This document shows, piece by piece, positions 48,901 through 57,954 of a DNA stretch of 64,000 nt. The first letter of the stretch is position 1. Every line of letters begins with the position of its first letter. Below the pieces are notes generated by a model. The model made no database searches. It was given only the letters and a program-made list of their open reading frames with translations, and had not been told where the DNA came from. The translations under genes were made by a program, and so were the position numbers. Source of the stretch: Myxococcota bacterium (lineage in GTDB: Bacteria > Myxococcota_A > SURF-8 > G963663525); the NCBI GenBank assembly GCA_963676915.2, contig CAXXVK010000033.1, positions 18,809 to 82,808 of the forward strand, written 5' to 3'.

Positions 48901-51900
48901 GAAACCGTTTCCCAACGGCAGGACTTCTCGCCGGAAACTTCCACGGAAACTGTCGAGGAGTTGCGTTCCAGCCGTACGAACCAGGTTGTCTCGGAATTCG
49001 TGTCTCGAACGACTGCCGGAAATCTCGATGATACGCCTGAGCCGACTGCTCGGATGAAATCCCAAGCGGATGACATCGCCGTTTCGCCAAAAACGGAAAA
49101 GCAGCCGGATGATACCACTCGTAGAAATGCTGCCGTTAATACAAAAACCGACAAGATAGTCCGGAATGTCGATTCGAGAAACGCTTCCGAGCAGGAACGT
49201 TCACCTGTCCGCGTCGAGAAGTCACCAAATACCTTCGTTGCAACGAAAGAGTCGGAATCACAAGAAGGAACGGGGCTGAAACAAGAAAGCTCGCAGCCGT
49301 TACCTAAAACTCATTCTGTGATCGGTCAAACTGTCCAAGCCACATCAGAAGCTCCAAAGAATTCGGAAGCGCCTCGGGTGGCGCCTGAAACGATTGTTGC
49401 GGATCGCGTCGCCATCCGAGTAGATCAGCAAAACGAGACGGTTCAAAACCCAAATAAGATTCAACCTGAAACCGACAACGTGACTCGTCGGGAGATTTTC
49501 ACCGGAATTTCGGAAAACAGGATCTCGGTGGAAACGCAATCCCGGTCGGCTCATCCGACGCAAGTGTCAAAGCCTTCTGTTTCTGTGAATACACCATATC
49601 CGCAGGATTATTCAGACGAAAAGACTGTGACCTTCGGTATTGGAACGGAATCCCATGAGATTCGAGCGAATCGTGGAGAAGAATTCCAACGATCCTCCCA
49701 AACATCTGCTGAACGATTTGCCAATGTTGCCGTCGCCGAACCCGTTCTCAATGTGAAAACCGGGAAAAACAGTCCCAATATTGAGTTTGATAAGCTGGAA
49801 AAATCGGATGTCGACGTTTCTTCGTATGTTGGAAAAAGCGAAGGTTCTGTAGACCAGCACGCCCGAAGCGTTACGCCTGAACCTGAAAATTTCGTCAATA
49901 ATGAGGCATTTTCGAAGGTTCCCGAGGTTGCCGAAACTGTGAGTCGTCGGTCCGATGAGGAAACGGTTGCACTTCAAGGCCAGGAAAGTGCTGCTATTCG
50001 TATGATAAAAAATACTCCTGACCAACAGACGTTCATTTCGCAAGAGAACGACACGTTCGAAACGCCAGCCAACCTCGAAGCAAAAAATACACCACAGGTG
50101 GTGGATGAAAATGCACAAATGCGTAACGTCTCGCGCCGTTCCGAGTCAATTCCCCAACAAAACGTAGTTGACCATGTTGCAGAACGCTCGGTGCCTCGTG
50201 TTGCCGTTGATTCGCGTGATGTAACGAATCCCGAAGCATCTTCAACCGAAAACTCTGCTTCGGTAGATCCCCGTTGGGTGCAAAAGCTGGCAGGGGAGAT
50301 GTTCGCACGACCGGAAATGTTGGCCGAGTCAAGGTCTTCGGCTGTGCCTGAAGAAAAGATGACCTCTGGATCAAGTGCTCGAACGGAAGGCTTTTCCCGG
50401 CAACCCAGGTTTGTAACCGACTCTATAAGCGGTGGAAATCCTGCGAAGAATGAAGTAAAATTGTCGGAGCAGATTGAAGCAGATCAAAACGACGTACAGC
50501 CGATTGAAACGAAAGCGGAAACCGAAGCAAAAGCTTTCGAACCAACGCAGCAAAAACGTGTCGAAAGCGATTTAAGAAGCAATTATACTGTTGAAAAGTT
50601 GCAGCCTATTTCGGAAAATACTCAGGTTTCTCCTATTCGTGAACCCATTGCTCCAAATAGCTTTGAGCCGAAATTTGAGAATTCTGAATACGACACCTCG
50701 TACCTACAAAAGTTCGCAATGGATTCCACGAAAGCTGAACGGATTTCGGCTGAAAAATCTGCCGTCGAAAAAAACGGATCGACCACGGAAAAAAGTGGAG
50801 TGACTATGGCGGACAAGACTGAAAAGACTGAAAAAACAACTCGGCGTTTCGAAGAATCTGCAAAAGAAATTTTACCGGAAACCGATGATACGTCTCGCGT
50901 AGAAATTTCTTCCGATGAAAATGTAGTTCGCAATACTTCTGAGACATCTTCGCCGGATGCCTGGTTGGATGAATTGGACGATGAGCTGGAAGAACTCGTT
51001 CGCTTTTCTTCTTCAGAAAAAGAGGCGGAAAGTTCGAAGATTTCAAAAGAGAAACAAGCGGAATTCTTTCGTACAACAACCGTAATCGACCGAAATCCGA
51101 GGGTTGAGGGTGACGAATGGCGTGAGTTGAAGCCGAAGACACGTCAGCAGATCATCGAAGGTCTCAGCGAAAAGAAAAGCAATCCCTTGGGACTCGATCT
51201 CGAACGGATCGGTGTCGATCGGCAGGAAACGGAAGATGTGGAAACGATTTTCCAAGGGCGATATCGTTCGGAGTCAGTCCAGGGTATGAATCGTGATGTA
51301 GATGCAATCGAAACGGATTTTTCGAATCAGGATATTGCCTCGGCGTCTGAAGGGAAACGGATCGTTTTCGACGATTTCGGGACCACGGAAAACATTGCTT
51401 CATACTCGTCGAAAACAGATGGAAATTCCGTGAAAACCTTCGATTCGACTCGGACGCGGCAAGTTGATTCGCAACCTCGATTCTCACAGGTTCCCGATTC
51501 AATGGATGAACCGCAACGTCCTATGGTGGATTCTGGCAAATCGACAAGTGCTTCACCTGCGAAAGATGACAGTTCGATATGGGATGTGTTCGACGATTCC
51601 GGTATCAACACTGTCTTTGGAACGATTCGACTCGATGAAGATGAAGATGTAGACGGATTGAAACCTAACCGCATGGAGAGAACCACTCCGGTAACATTAT
51701 CCGAAGCGAAGCCGATAACCGTTGAAACTCAGTTCGGCGAAATCGATCCTTTGAGCGAAACATTGGAGGATCTCGATGAAACGTTTGTTCGGCCTCCTTC
51801 CAGATTCGAAAGAGTTGGAACGGATGAAACTTCCCGGAATTTCTCGGGTACTACCCATGAGAACGGACCTCGTGTTGCAGCGTCTCCGATGGAACTACTT

Positions 51901-53892
51901 TCGAAAGGTCCGCTCTTCGGGGATCGCGTAGCCAACGAAGATTCCTGGCGCAAAGTTGCAACGGGAGTCCAGAGCGTTCCGATATCGTCTGAAGAACAAG
52001 TTGATGAACTGAAGACTCCTAAAAAAGCATTGAGCGACGGAATTGTGTTGAACGAAGGTCGTGTGATCTCAGGTCTTGTGCCGGAAACAATCGGTGAAAA
52101 GGAAAATATTGATGAGCCGGTATCGAAACGTGTCGATTCGGCCAAAAAAGTTCCAATTCACAACGAGTCGGCACCGTCACAAACGACTGAGCAAATCTCT
52201 CGCTCTGCCGATGAGTCTCGGGTACCTGAAAAGGCACGAAAAATTTCGTTTTTTGATACTTCCAATGCATCAGAAAAAGAAGCTATCGCAGTATCTGATA
52301 CCAGGAAAAACGAGCCTGTCTATCATGGCGAAAAGGCATCTTCAAAAGCTGTTCAAAACGAAGATACCGTAGAAAAAACAATTCGCGAAACAGTGCCGTC
52401 AGAGAGTTTTTCTCGAAAGTCCGTTACACCTACCGGTGTGCGGTCGATTCGTAAGACGATCGAACGAATCGTCAGCAACCCCGATCCGTTGGGGCTACGT
52501 CAGGCCGTTCAAGAGCCTGAAGTGTCCGACAAACAGGAATCATCCGAAGCAAAGGTCGATGTCAACCGGTTCGATCAAGCCAAAGCCGTGCAAAATCGTG
52601 TCGTTGAATCTGCCGTGCCTGGAATTTCCGAAACGAATGGAACGGGACGATTCTTCGAAATTCCGGAAGATAAATGGGCGAAACATCCTGACGCAGAAAA
52701 GGAAATCTCTCAGAGATCCCTCGAAAAAAACGAGTTTGTTGAACGGGAAAGCACGAAAGAGTTCCGGTCGAATGAAGAGTTTCGTTCCTCTGCGGTGAAG
52801 GATAGCGAAACGATAAGTCGTTCCGAGCGATCTTCTTCTTTCTCCACCATGGTTTCCGATACTGCTGAAACTACTCGAAAACCGGGAGAGCTTGGAACGG
52901 CATCGCAGAGTACACCGAAGATATTCAACGGAGTTTTTCAACAGAAAACACAAGCATCTCCGACGAATTCCTCGTCTCAGGCGTGGACACTGGTTGACGA
53001 AAGCCAGATGAAGATGGAACCTGTTACGGAGGATTCCGGTAAACTGAAACCATCTGTATCTACTGAAGTTCCCAGTGATCTTTCAGAAGAGATTACTCGT
53101 TTCGGTCTCGAAGCCCCGGATAACGAATGGATCATTCCCGACGAAGAAGGCAATATCGTCCAATCTGAGATTTCTTTAGAAGGCAAAACCGTCGTTTCCA
53201 CCGGACGTGAAGCGACGTTCTCTGCGGCGGTTTCGCATTCGCCGGAAATCAAGCGTCATGAGATCAAATCCGAAAAGATGGAACCTGCCGAGACACTCGA
53301 AGCGGAAGACATCACCGAGGCACTTCGTTTCGAGGAAACCGCTGACTCGGAGATGACATTCGGCGAGGAAAACGATGACCGACAGGAAAGTGATTCGGAT
53401 GCTACGCCTACCAATGAAAAAGCCTTTGCGGTTGCAGCAACCCAGGCCATGAAAACCTCTCCGGCTTCAGCGGATATTCAAAGCGTTTCAGGCGTTTACA
53501 AGCAGGTGCAAACGTTGGCCGCCGATGCGGTCGAACGGATTCGTCAGGCCGAGCAGTTCAATCCGTCCCAACGGCTGACCATCACATTGCCGGACGACCA
53601 GGGTGCACCGATCCGTATGATTTTCACACCGGATCGTGCCAATCAAAAAACGCACTCAATTACCCTTGTCGTAGCCGATAAAGCGACGAGTGAAGCGGTC
53701 AAGCAAATTATTCCTGAAATTCGTACAATGTTGACTGAACTTTCTCTCAAAACGTCCGATATATCAATTGTAGCGCATGGCAATCAACGGGTGGAAAACT
53801 TCGAAGCCCGGCAGATGCAAGCCGCTACGGCGACAACGGAATATAAGACGGAAAAAGAACGAACCAGGAAGAACTCGGGGAACAAGAAATGA
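45910..53892 (+). CDS. fliK: Giant (2660 aa) hook-length control protein FliK
   Basis: Canonical slot motE-[fliK]-flgD-flgE with ATGA overlap on flgD; S/E/T/K/P-rich low-complexity body; C-terminal RLTITLPDDQGAPIRMIF...ITLVV...EAVKQIIPEIRTMLTELSL resembles the FliK T3S4 domain. Confidence 0.8.
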   Translation: MTNSTPLSLDFAAATPVESDLFSSAPVGVNETGKRAAFDAIFKEIIGDSSSRNPSRTSIGNQASEGKENREGRQPSTRVFVAPSQGFRILQKAEVAVTHGNEKEQEKLEQPKGETNGFGAGPGMQGQFAKRERDPRSEAIEKFSETSKRSVDTNSFERREASEDTKSNRQSKKSARIDLPSSGELPELSVTVQLQQKANEQNDPKSDKNETSEQEFSNDTGTVTLGKISRREFVRLTGVSSQLQDAVEQLASYIVAHRDEESEQVSKVVKQEGIEASETVVVEPAESSVESDKPFSQEKPSADVKNSKASVFSKKTKQVSSEKSVSSKPLSSTVEPKETKTDAKAVQNVSDEDIAFKVEPKRVSSHKTVSEIPSSADSSSKVAEPKDVKLGASVVQKVSDDHIASSSEPKRKIYTQNRSRKTEPVETTISSKPKSRRVEVPAARSKVQGETSSLIHEMEKSSEVPDAEVVTISSNRKSDISAKISFETGVKETVQPTQETVVRDFPESKPTESANTAQNAKVEQKPSTFESSKTTGKENERFQVTDESVKTIGVNSGADQAKTFTNADPKKASVRSTVDLNETASVVADSHDVEKVQKVASNATENEPKAFKRVEVSTSDTKTADAVKDNLSNMYPKEVRKSEGAPEQVKRTVVSETMVDTYEVTSNVEAKEVVSKPVVSVPEMERENDSVFEKSTPRIASTNAKNVPSDAQEQWSSTKVPAGKSEQMVHESVSVDAVDSPKTFSSSEKVIKDITSHPVSSHSETKTSPAEFLESSVENISSNDVRKPANSRNVFSESVQKNSDDFKTEVKTETEKAANLGQSEKIQTKAATSVQQNDPAEFHTENVVTTKAFVSDRKEAPFADAKVSAPKYESETKETSVREVAPAVENLKKPETKQETSVDSHPVFTTSETTGREKNIAVSEPSEKVFASMEERPSIHAKPIEVPRTTQEIRSTTEFTENETVKSDSSKPAETKSANTFVPTDEHTENQGSKKTVETVSQRQDFSPETSTETVEELRSSRTNQVVSEFVSRTTAGNLDDTPEPTARMKSQADDIAVSPKTEKQPDDTTRRNAAVNTKTDKIVRNVDSRNASEQERSPVRVEKSPNTFVATKESESQEGTGLKQESSQPLPKTHSVIGQTVQATSEAPKNSEAPRVAPETIVADRVAIRVDQQNETVQNPNKIQPETDNVTRREIFTGISENRISVETQSRSAHPTQVSKPSVSVNTPYPQDYSDEKTVTFGIGTESHEIRANRGEEFQRSSQTSAERFANVAVAEPVLNVKTGKNSPNIEFDKLEKSDVDVSSYVGKSEGSVDQHARSVTPEPENFVNNEAFSKVPEVAETVSRRSDEETVALQGQESAAIRMIKNTPDQQTFISQENDTFETPANLEAKNTPQVVDENAQMRNVSRRSESIPQQNVVDHVAERSVPRVAVDSRDVTNPEASSTENSASVDPRWVQKLAGEMFARPEMLAESRSSAVPEEKMTSGSSARTEGFSRQPRFVTDSISGGNPAKNEVKLSEQIEADQNDVQPIETKAETEAKAFEPTQQKRVESDLRSNYTVEKLQPISENTQVSPIREPIAPNSFEPKFENSEYDTSYLQKFAMDSTKAERISAEKSAVEKNGSTTEKSGVTMADKTEKTEKTTRRFEESAKEILPETDDTSRVEISSDENVVRNTSETSSPDAWLDELDDELEELVRFSSSEKEAESSKISKEKQAEFFRTTTVIDRNPRVEGDEWRELKPKTRQQIIEGLSEKKSNPLGLDLERIGVDRQETEDVETIFQGRYRSESVQGMNRDVDAIETDFSNQDIASASEGKRIVFDDFGTTENIASYSSKTDGNSVKTFDSTRTRQVDSQPRFSQVPDSMDEPQRPMVDSGKSTSASPAKDDSSIWDVFDDSGINTVFGTIRLDEDEDVDGLKPNRMERTTPVTLSEAKPITVETQFGEIDPLSETLEDLDETFVRPPSRFERVGTDETSRNFSGTTHENGPRVAASPMELLSKGPLFGDRVANEDSWRKVATGVQSVPISSEEQVDELKTPKKALSDGIVLNEGRVISGLVPETIGEKENIDEPVSKRVDSAKKVPIHNESAPSQTTEQISRSADESRVPEKARKISFFDTSNASEKEAIAVSDTRKNEPVYHGEKASSKAVQNEDTVEKTIRETVPSESFSRKSVTPTGVRSIRKTIERIVSNPDPLGLRQAVQEPEVSDKQESSEAKVDVNRFDQAKAVQNRVVESAVPGISETNGTGRFFEIPEDKWAKHPDAEKEISQRSLEKNEFVERESTKEFRSNEEFRSSAVKDSETISRSERSSSFSTMVSDTAETTRKPGELGTASQSTPKIFNGVFQQKTQASPTNSSSQAWTLVDESQMKMEPVTEDSGKLKPSVSTEVPSDLSEEITRFGLEAPDNEWIIPDEEGNIVQSEISLEGKTVVSTGREATFSAAVSHSPEIKRHEIKSEKMEPAETLEAEDITEALRFEETADSEMTFGEENDDRQESDSDATPTNEKAFAVAATQAMKTSPASADIQSVSGVYKQVQTLAADAVERIRQAEQFNPSQRLTITLPDDQGAPIRMIFTPDRANQKTHSITLVVADKATSEAVKQIIPEIRTMLTELSLKTSDISIVAHGNQRVENFEARQMQAATATTEYKTEKERTRKNSGNKK

Positions 53893-54551
53893 GCAGCATT
53901 GAAGTCATAGGCGGAGGATACGCGGATTCAATCAACGAAGAATCTGCAAGCACCAACGCCCTCGGACAAGAAGCTTTTCTTGAGTTGCTGGTTACCCAAC
54001 TCGCCAACCAGAATCCGTTGAATCCCATGGATAACACGGAATTCGTGGCCCAGTTGGCTCAGTTCACGACCCTCGAACAAATGACCGGAATCAACGACCG
54101 ATTGGACACGTTGGCCATTGGCCAGGCAGGAATTCTCACGCAGGAAGCGGTGCAGATGGTCGGTCACAAAGTTGTCTACAAAGGCAACGAAGTTTACATG
54201 GAATTCAAAGAAGGAGCCGAGGTTCGTTACGAACTCGGTACAGCGGCGAAGGAGGTCAACGTTACCATCAAGGACGAGCAGGGAGAGACGGTAGCCGAGT
54301 TCGATCTCGGATCGGCTGGCAGTGGAAAGCATACCTACGAGTGGAATGGTTTGGACCAGGATGGTCACGTGCTTGCCAGTGGAAACTATACCGTTGAAAT
54401 CAGTGCCATGGACGGCCAGGGAACAGCACTAGATGTTGAAACTTACGCAGTTTCACGAGTTACAGGCATCGTTTTCGATAAAGGTTATGCAGAACTCATG
54501 ACCGGAGACAAGCGCCTAACCAACTCGGATGTCATCGAAATTACCGAATAA
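53889..54551 (+). CDS. flgD: Hook capping protein FlgD
   Basis: LGQEAFLELLVTQLANQNPLNPMDNTEFVAQLAQF, WNGLD. Confidence 0.97.
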   Translation: MSSIEVIGGGYADSINEESASTNALGQEAFLELLVTQLANQNPLNPMDNTEFVAQLAQFTTLEQMTGINDRLDTLAIGQAGILTQEAVQMVGHKVVYKGNEVYMEFKEGAEVRYELGTAAKEVNVTIKDEQGETVAEFDLGSAGSGKHTYEWNGLDQDGHVLASGNYTVEISAMDGQGTALDVETYAVSRVTGIVFDKGYAELMTGDKRLTNSDVIEITE

Positions 54552-54574
54552 CCGTCAAAAACGAGGAAAAAACC

Positions 54575-55861
54575 ATGACACTGACAAACACTCTTTACAC
54601 CGGATTGCAGGGACTCTCTTCCAATGGTGACGCCATTGCCGTCATCGGCGACAACATTTCCAACATGAATACCGTCGGCTTTCGCCAGTCGCGTGCGGTT
54701 TTCGAAGCCACGCTAAGCCGTTCGATCGTCGGCGTCGGTGAAATCGGCGCGGGTTCTCGGGTAGCCAAGATCGAAAAGGTCTTTACCCAGGGCGCGATCG
54801 TTGCCAGCCCTCGCTCGACCGACATGGCCATCAGCGGTCGCGGATTTTTCGTCGTTGCCGGACGACACGAAGGACAGGATGGTTCCTTCTATACCCGAGC
54901 CGGAGAGTTTTCTCTCAATGAAAACGGCTATCTCGTCAATTCCCAGGGATTGATTGTCCAAGGTTATCAACCTGACAGCAATGGAAATATCACGGCTACC
55001 CTCGATGATCTGTATCTCGATTCGCCGATCATCGAACCCAAGGCCACATCCAACCTGTTCATGGGTCTTAACCTGAACGCGGATGCGGAAATTCCCGCAG
55101 ATCCATTTGATAAAGACAATCCGGTGGAAACCTCCAACTTCTCCACCTCCGTATCCATGTACGACTCACGCGGTGATGCTCACGACGTAACCGTTTACTT
55201 CAATAAAACGGCTACCGGTTGGGATTGGCATGCAGTGACCGACGGTGCCGAAGTGAACGGTGGAACGGAAGGAGTCAATGAAATCATCGCGGATGGTTCT
55301 TTGACCTTTACCGGCGATGGTCTGCTGGATACCGAAGTGACCAACAGTAACTCGGTGGACTGGGACGGAGCTACGGCTTCTCAGACCATCGATTTCGATT
55401 TCGGAGATAGCATTACCACCGATGGCGGTACGGGCGTCAATGGTGCGACGAGTTACGCCACCGAATCGTCTCTCAACAAATTGGAGAACGACGGGTACCC
55501 GACCGGCACGCGCACGGACGTGGAAGTGGACCACGAAGGCATCATCACCATTCTGTATTCCAATGGCGAATCCCGCCAGATGGGTCAGGTGGCGGTGGCT
55601 GACTTCCGTAACGAAGTCGGCTTGCAGCGGATCGGCTCCACCATGTTCGCCGCGACTCCGGAAAGTGGCGATGCGCAAATCGGCTATGCCCGAACGGGTG
55701 GTCGCGGATCGGTGAAAGGCGCCGCACTGGAGAACTCCAACGTGGATCTCTCGTCCGAATTCGTCACGATGATCACCAGCCAGCGTGCCTATCAGGCTTC
55801 GACCAAAACGATTACCACTGCGGATGAAATGACCGTGGAAACTCTCAATATCAAACGGTAA
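54575..55861 (+). CDS. flgE: Hook protein FlgE
   Basis: IGDNISNMNTVGF, GRGFFVV, YTRAGEF, YDSRGDAH, LENSNVDL, QRAYQA. Confidence 0.97.
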   Translation: MTLTNTLYTGLQGLSSNGDAIAVIGDNISNMNTVGFRQSRAVFEATLSRSIVGVGEIGAGSRVAKIEKVFTQGAIVASPRSTDMAISGRGFFVVAGRHEGQDGSFYTRAGEFSLNENGYLVNSQGLIVQGYQPDSNGNITATLDDLYLDSPIIEPKATSNLFMGLNLNADAEIPADPFDKDNPVETSNFSTSVSMYDSRGDAHDVTVYFNKTATGWDWHAVTDGAEVNGGTEGVNEIIADGSLTFTGDGLLDTEVTNSNSVDWDGATASQTIDFDFGDSITTDGGTGVNGATSYATESSLNKLENDGYPTGTRTDVEVDHEGIITILYSNGESRQMGQVAVADFRNEVGLQRIGSTMFAATPESGDAQIGYARTGGRGSVKGAALENSNVDLSSEFVTMITSQRAYQASTKTITTADEMTVETLNIKR

Positions 55862-55887
55862 ATTCAATCTCCGATTTGAATGATTCG

Positions 55888-55917
55888 CGCCCCTGTTCTT
55901 TGGAACGGGGGCGTTTT
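55888..55917 (+). terminator. Rho-independent terminator after flgE
   Basis: CGCCCCTGTTC-tttg-GAACGGGGGCG followed by TTTT. Confidence 0.75.
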
Positions 55918-55949
55918 CAGTTGTTCCGGCGGATTCCTGTGTAAATGGA

Positions 55950-56090
55950 TTAGAAAACGGGATAAGTCATAGGTTCCGAATCACCGACCCAATTCATGAT
56001 CATCGTGAGGGCAAGAAGAAGGACTACAAACATCAGCGGCGGCAACCACCATTTCCAGGATCGTTTCAGAATCCTCGTTACTGTTTTCAT
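55950..56090 (-). CDS. 46-aa membrane peptide, DUF5989-like (not in the ORF track)
   Basis: Translated by hand: MKTVTRILKRSWKWWLPPLMFVVLLLALTMIMNWVGDSEPMTYPVF; GAGGGA RBS; ATGA overlap with the upstream gene. Confidence 0.75.
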   Translation of the reverse strand: MKTVTRILKRSWKWWLPPLMFVVLLLALTMIMNWVGDSEPMTYPVF

Positions 56091-56860
56091 AGTCCCTCTT
56101 TTTCATGCTGTAGAGAAGGGAAGGGATAAACTTTTGGAAACCTTGCCGTGACTGGTAAATGAATCTCCGAGTCGTCGGCGTCCCCCTGGACGATTACCGT
56201 ACCTGCGTACCGTGAACGTATCTCGGGTCCAGGGTTGAAAACCACATCGAATTCGAATGCTTCCCCATTTTTGATCGATGGGGGTAGGTCATCGTTGTCC
56301 AGTTGCAGCCAGCTGCCAGCTTTGGTTTGGAAACGTACGATGTGCAGATCTTGGGATGACAGGTTTTCCAGTCGGACTGTCTTCCGCAAAGGCAACTTTT
56401 CGTTCGTTCCATCGAAGGAAACAGAACTGGGTACGAATTGCCAGTCTCGTTCGATTCTGGCACGGATTTCAAGCGTTGTTTTTACATTGGACGGCATATT
56501 GGTATCCAAGACGAAGGTCTCTCGGCTTTGTCCTCTGGATTTGGCCGGGAAATACCTGACATGTATAGATCCCCAGTCGCCGGGTTGAATGGTGCGGGAA
56601 GGGAGGACTTCGGCGGAGCCTTCGCAGTCCGATTGAATCGAATGCACGACCAGCGCTTCGTTTCCACCATTTACAAATGCGAAATCGTGTTCTACAGGAC
56701 GTTGTCTGGTTGTGGTACCAGCATCAAATGATGTGTACGCGAATTCCATGCGGGGACCATTGTTTTCTGAGCTACTCGAAAGCGAGACCGAGACAAACAG
56801 CAACAGCATTGCCAAGGGTAAAATGCCACTTGCTAAGATGGTTTTCGCGGTTTGCATCAT
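56087..56860 (-). CDS. DUF1573 / Ig-like domain secreted protein
   Basis: Signal-like TM; FDAG...HDFAFVNGGNEALVVHSIQSDC...IQPGDWGSIHV, followed by a second Ig-like repeat. Confidence 0.75.
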   Translation of the reverse strand: MMQTAKTILASGILPLAMLLLFVSVSLSSSSENNGPRMEFAYTSFDAGTTTRQRPVEHDFAFVNGGNEALVVHSIQSDCEGSAEVLPSRTIQPGDWGSIHVRYFPAKSRGQSRETFVLDTNMPSNVKTTLEIRARIERDWQFVPSSVSFDGTNEKLPLRKTVRLENLSSQDLHIVRFQTKAGSWLQLDNDDLPPSIKNGEAFEFDVVFNPGPEIRSRYAGTVIVQGDADDSEIHLPVTARFPKVYPFPSLQHEKEGL

Positions 56861-57043
56861 TCGCAGGAGCTCCGATTCCTTAAACTGAACGTTTTCAGAG
56901 TACCGCAAGCAAGAGAACTTGCCAACAACCGTCGTTCGGATATTGAACGAATGGGTTTGTTTTTGGACAGTTTAGTGGTCGATGGATTGTTTCCGAAATA
57001 TAGAACAATCTCTTAACATATTGAAATAACTAGTAAAAGAAAC

Positions 57044-57059
57044 TGGCACACGGTTTGAA
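57044..57059 (+). promoter_or_regulatory. Possible sigma54 promoter upstream of radC
   Basis: TGGCAC-ACGGT-TTGAA (GG-N10-GA), ~40 nt before ATG 57100. Confidence 0.5.
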
Positions 57060-57099
57060 AAGGGGAGGGATACACGTTTTCAAACCGGAGGTGTTCAAA

Positions 57100-57849
57100 A
57101 TGGATTTTGCTCGGTCGGATCGGATTGTTGGTCCCATGTCCCCCAACGAACGTCGTGTGTCCTGGCTTAGTGATGTCGAACTGCTGGAGGAAATCATTGG
57201 TACCGGAGATCGAAAAACCGGACGGAGCGCCAAAGAACTCGCCTGCACGATATTGCAGGAGTTCGGGTCGTTGTCGGACGTGGCTCGCGCCAGTCACAAA
57301 ACGCTGTCGAAGGTAGGGAATCTCTCCGTTCAAAAAAGCCGAAGATTGAAAGCTTTATTCGAATTCGGCCTGAGGGCGGGGTTCACCCCACCGAGAGTCG
57401 GAAGGGATTTTCGTGGTCCGAAAGAAGTGTTTAGTGCATATGCCGATTTTTTCAGGGATGCACAACAGGAAACGTTGCTCGTCCTGTTATTGGATCGTCG
57501 AGGTCGGTGGTTGGAAGATAGGATTTTGGCGACCGGAACCCGAAACGAAGTACCTGTCGATCCGAAATCCATTGCCGAAGCTATGATTTGCCCCAAAGCG
57601 GACAAAGTGATTTTGTTGCACAACCATCCTTCAGGCGACCCCAGACCTTCCAGAAGCGATATCAAAAGCACCCGATACTTGATGGAGCTTTTCGAAGACA
57701 TCGGGTTGAGCCTAGTGGATCATGTTATCATCTCGGATGGACAACACTACAGTTTCGCGGAAAACCGATTGCTAGGGTTGAGTTTAGGACCGATTTCGAG
57801 AGAAGCCATGGGAAATCGAAGAGTTATCCAAAGATCATGTTCCATGTGA
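57100..57849 (+). CDS. radC: RadC-like JAB domain protein
   Basis: LSDVELL...GTG, helix-hairpin-helix region, HNHPSGDPRPSRSD, LVDHVII...YSF. Confidence 0.9.
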   Translation: MDFARSDRIVGPMSPNERRVSWLSDVELLEEIIGTGDRKTGRSAKELACTILQEFGSLSDVARASHKTLSKVGNLSVQKSRRLKALFEFGLRAGFTPPRVGRDFRGPKEVFSAYADFFRDAQQETLLVLLLDRRGRWLEDRILATGTRNEVPVDPKSIAEAMICPKADKVILLHNHPSGDPRPSRSDIKSTRYLMELFEDIGLSLVDHVIISDGQHYSFAENRLLGLSLGPISREAMGNRRVIQRSCSM

Positions 57850-57954
57850 AAATCGAAAAAAAGTACGATTCCATGTAGACAGTGGTTCGTTGATCACGGT
57901 ATTTGTTAATATGCGTTTCCGTTACTTATCTTAAAATTTTGTTCCAGGAGATGA

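Noticed and set aside
57100-57849. radC as a marker of an integrative element
   Set aside because: Full-length chromosomal-type RadC; no integrase, att repeats or transposase in the window
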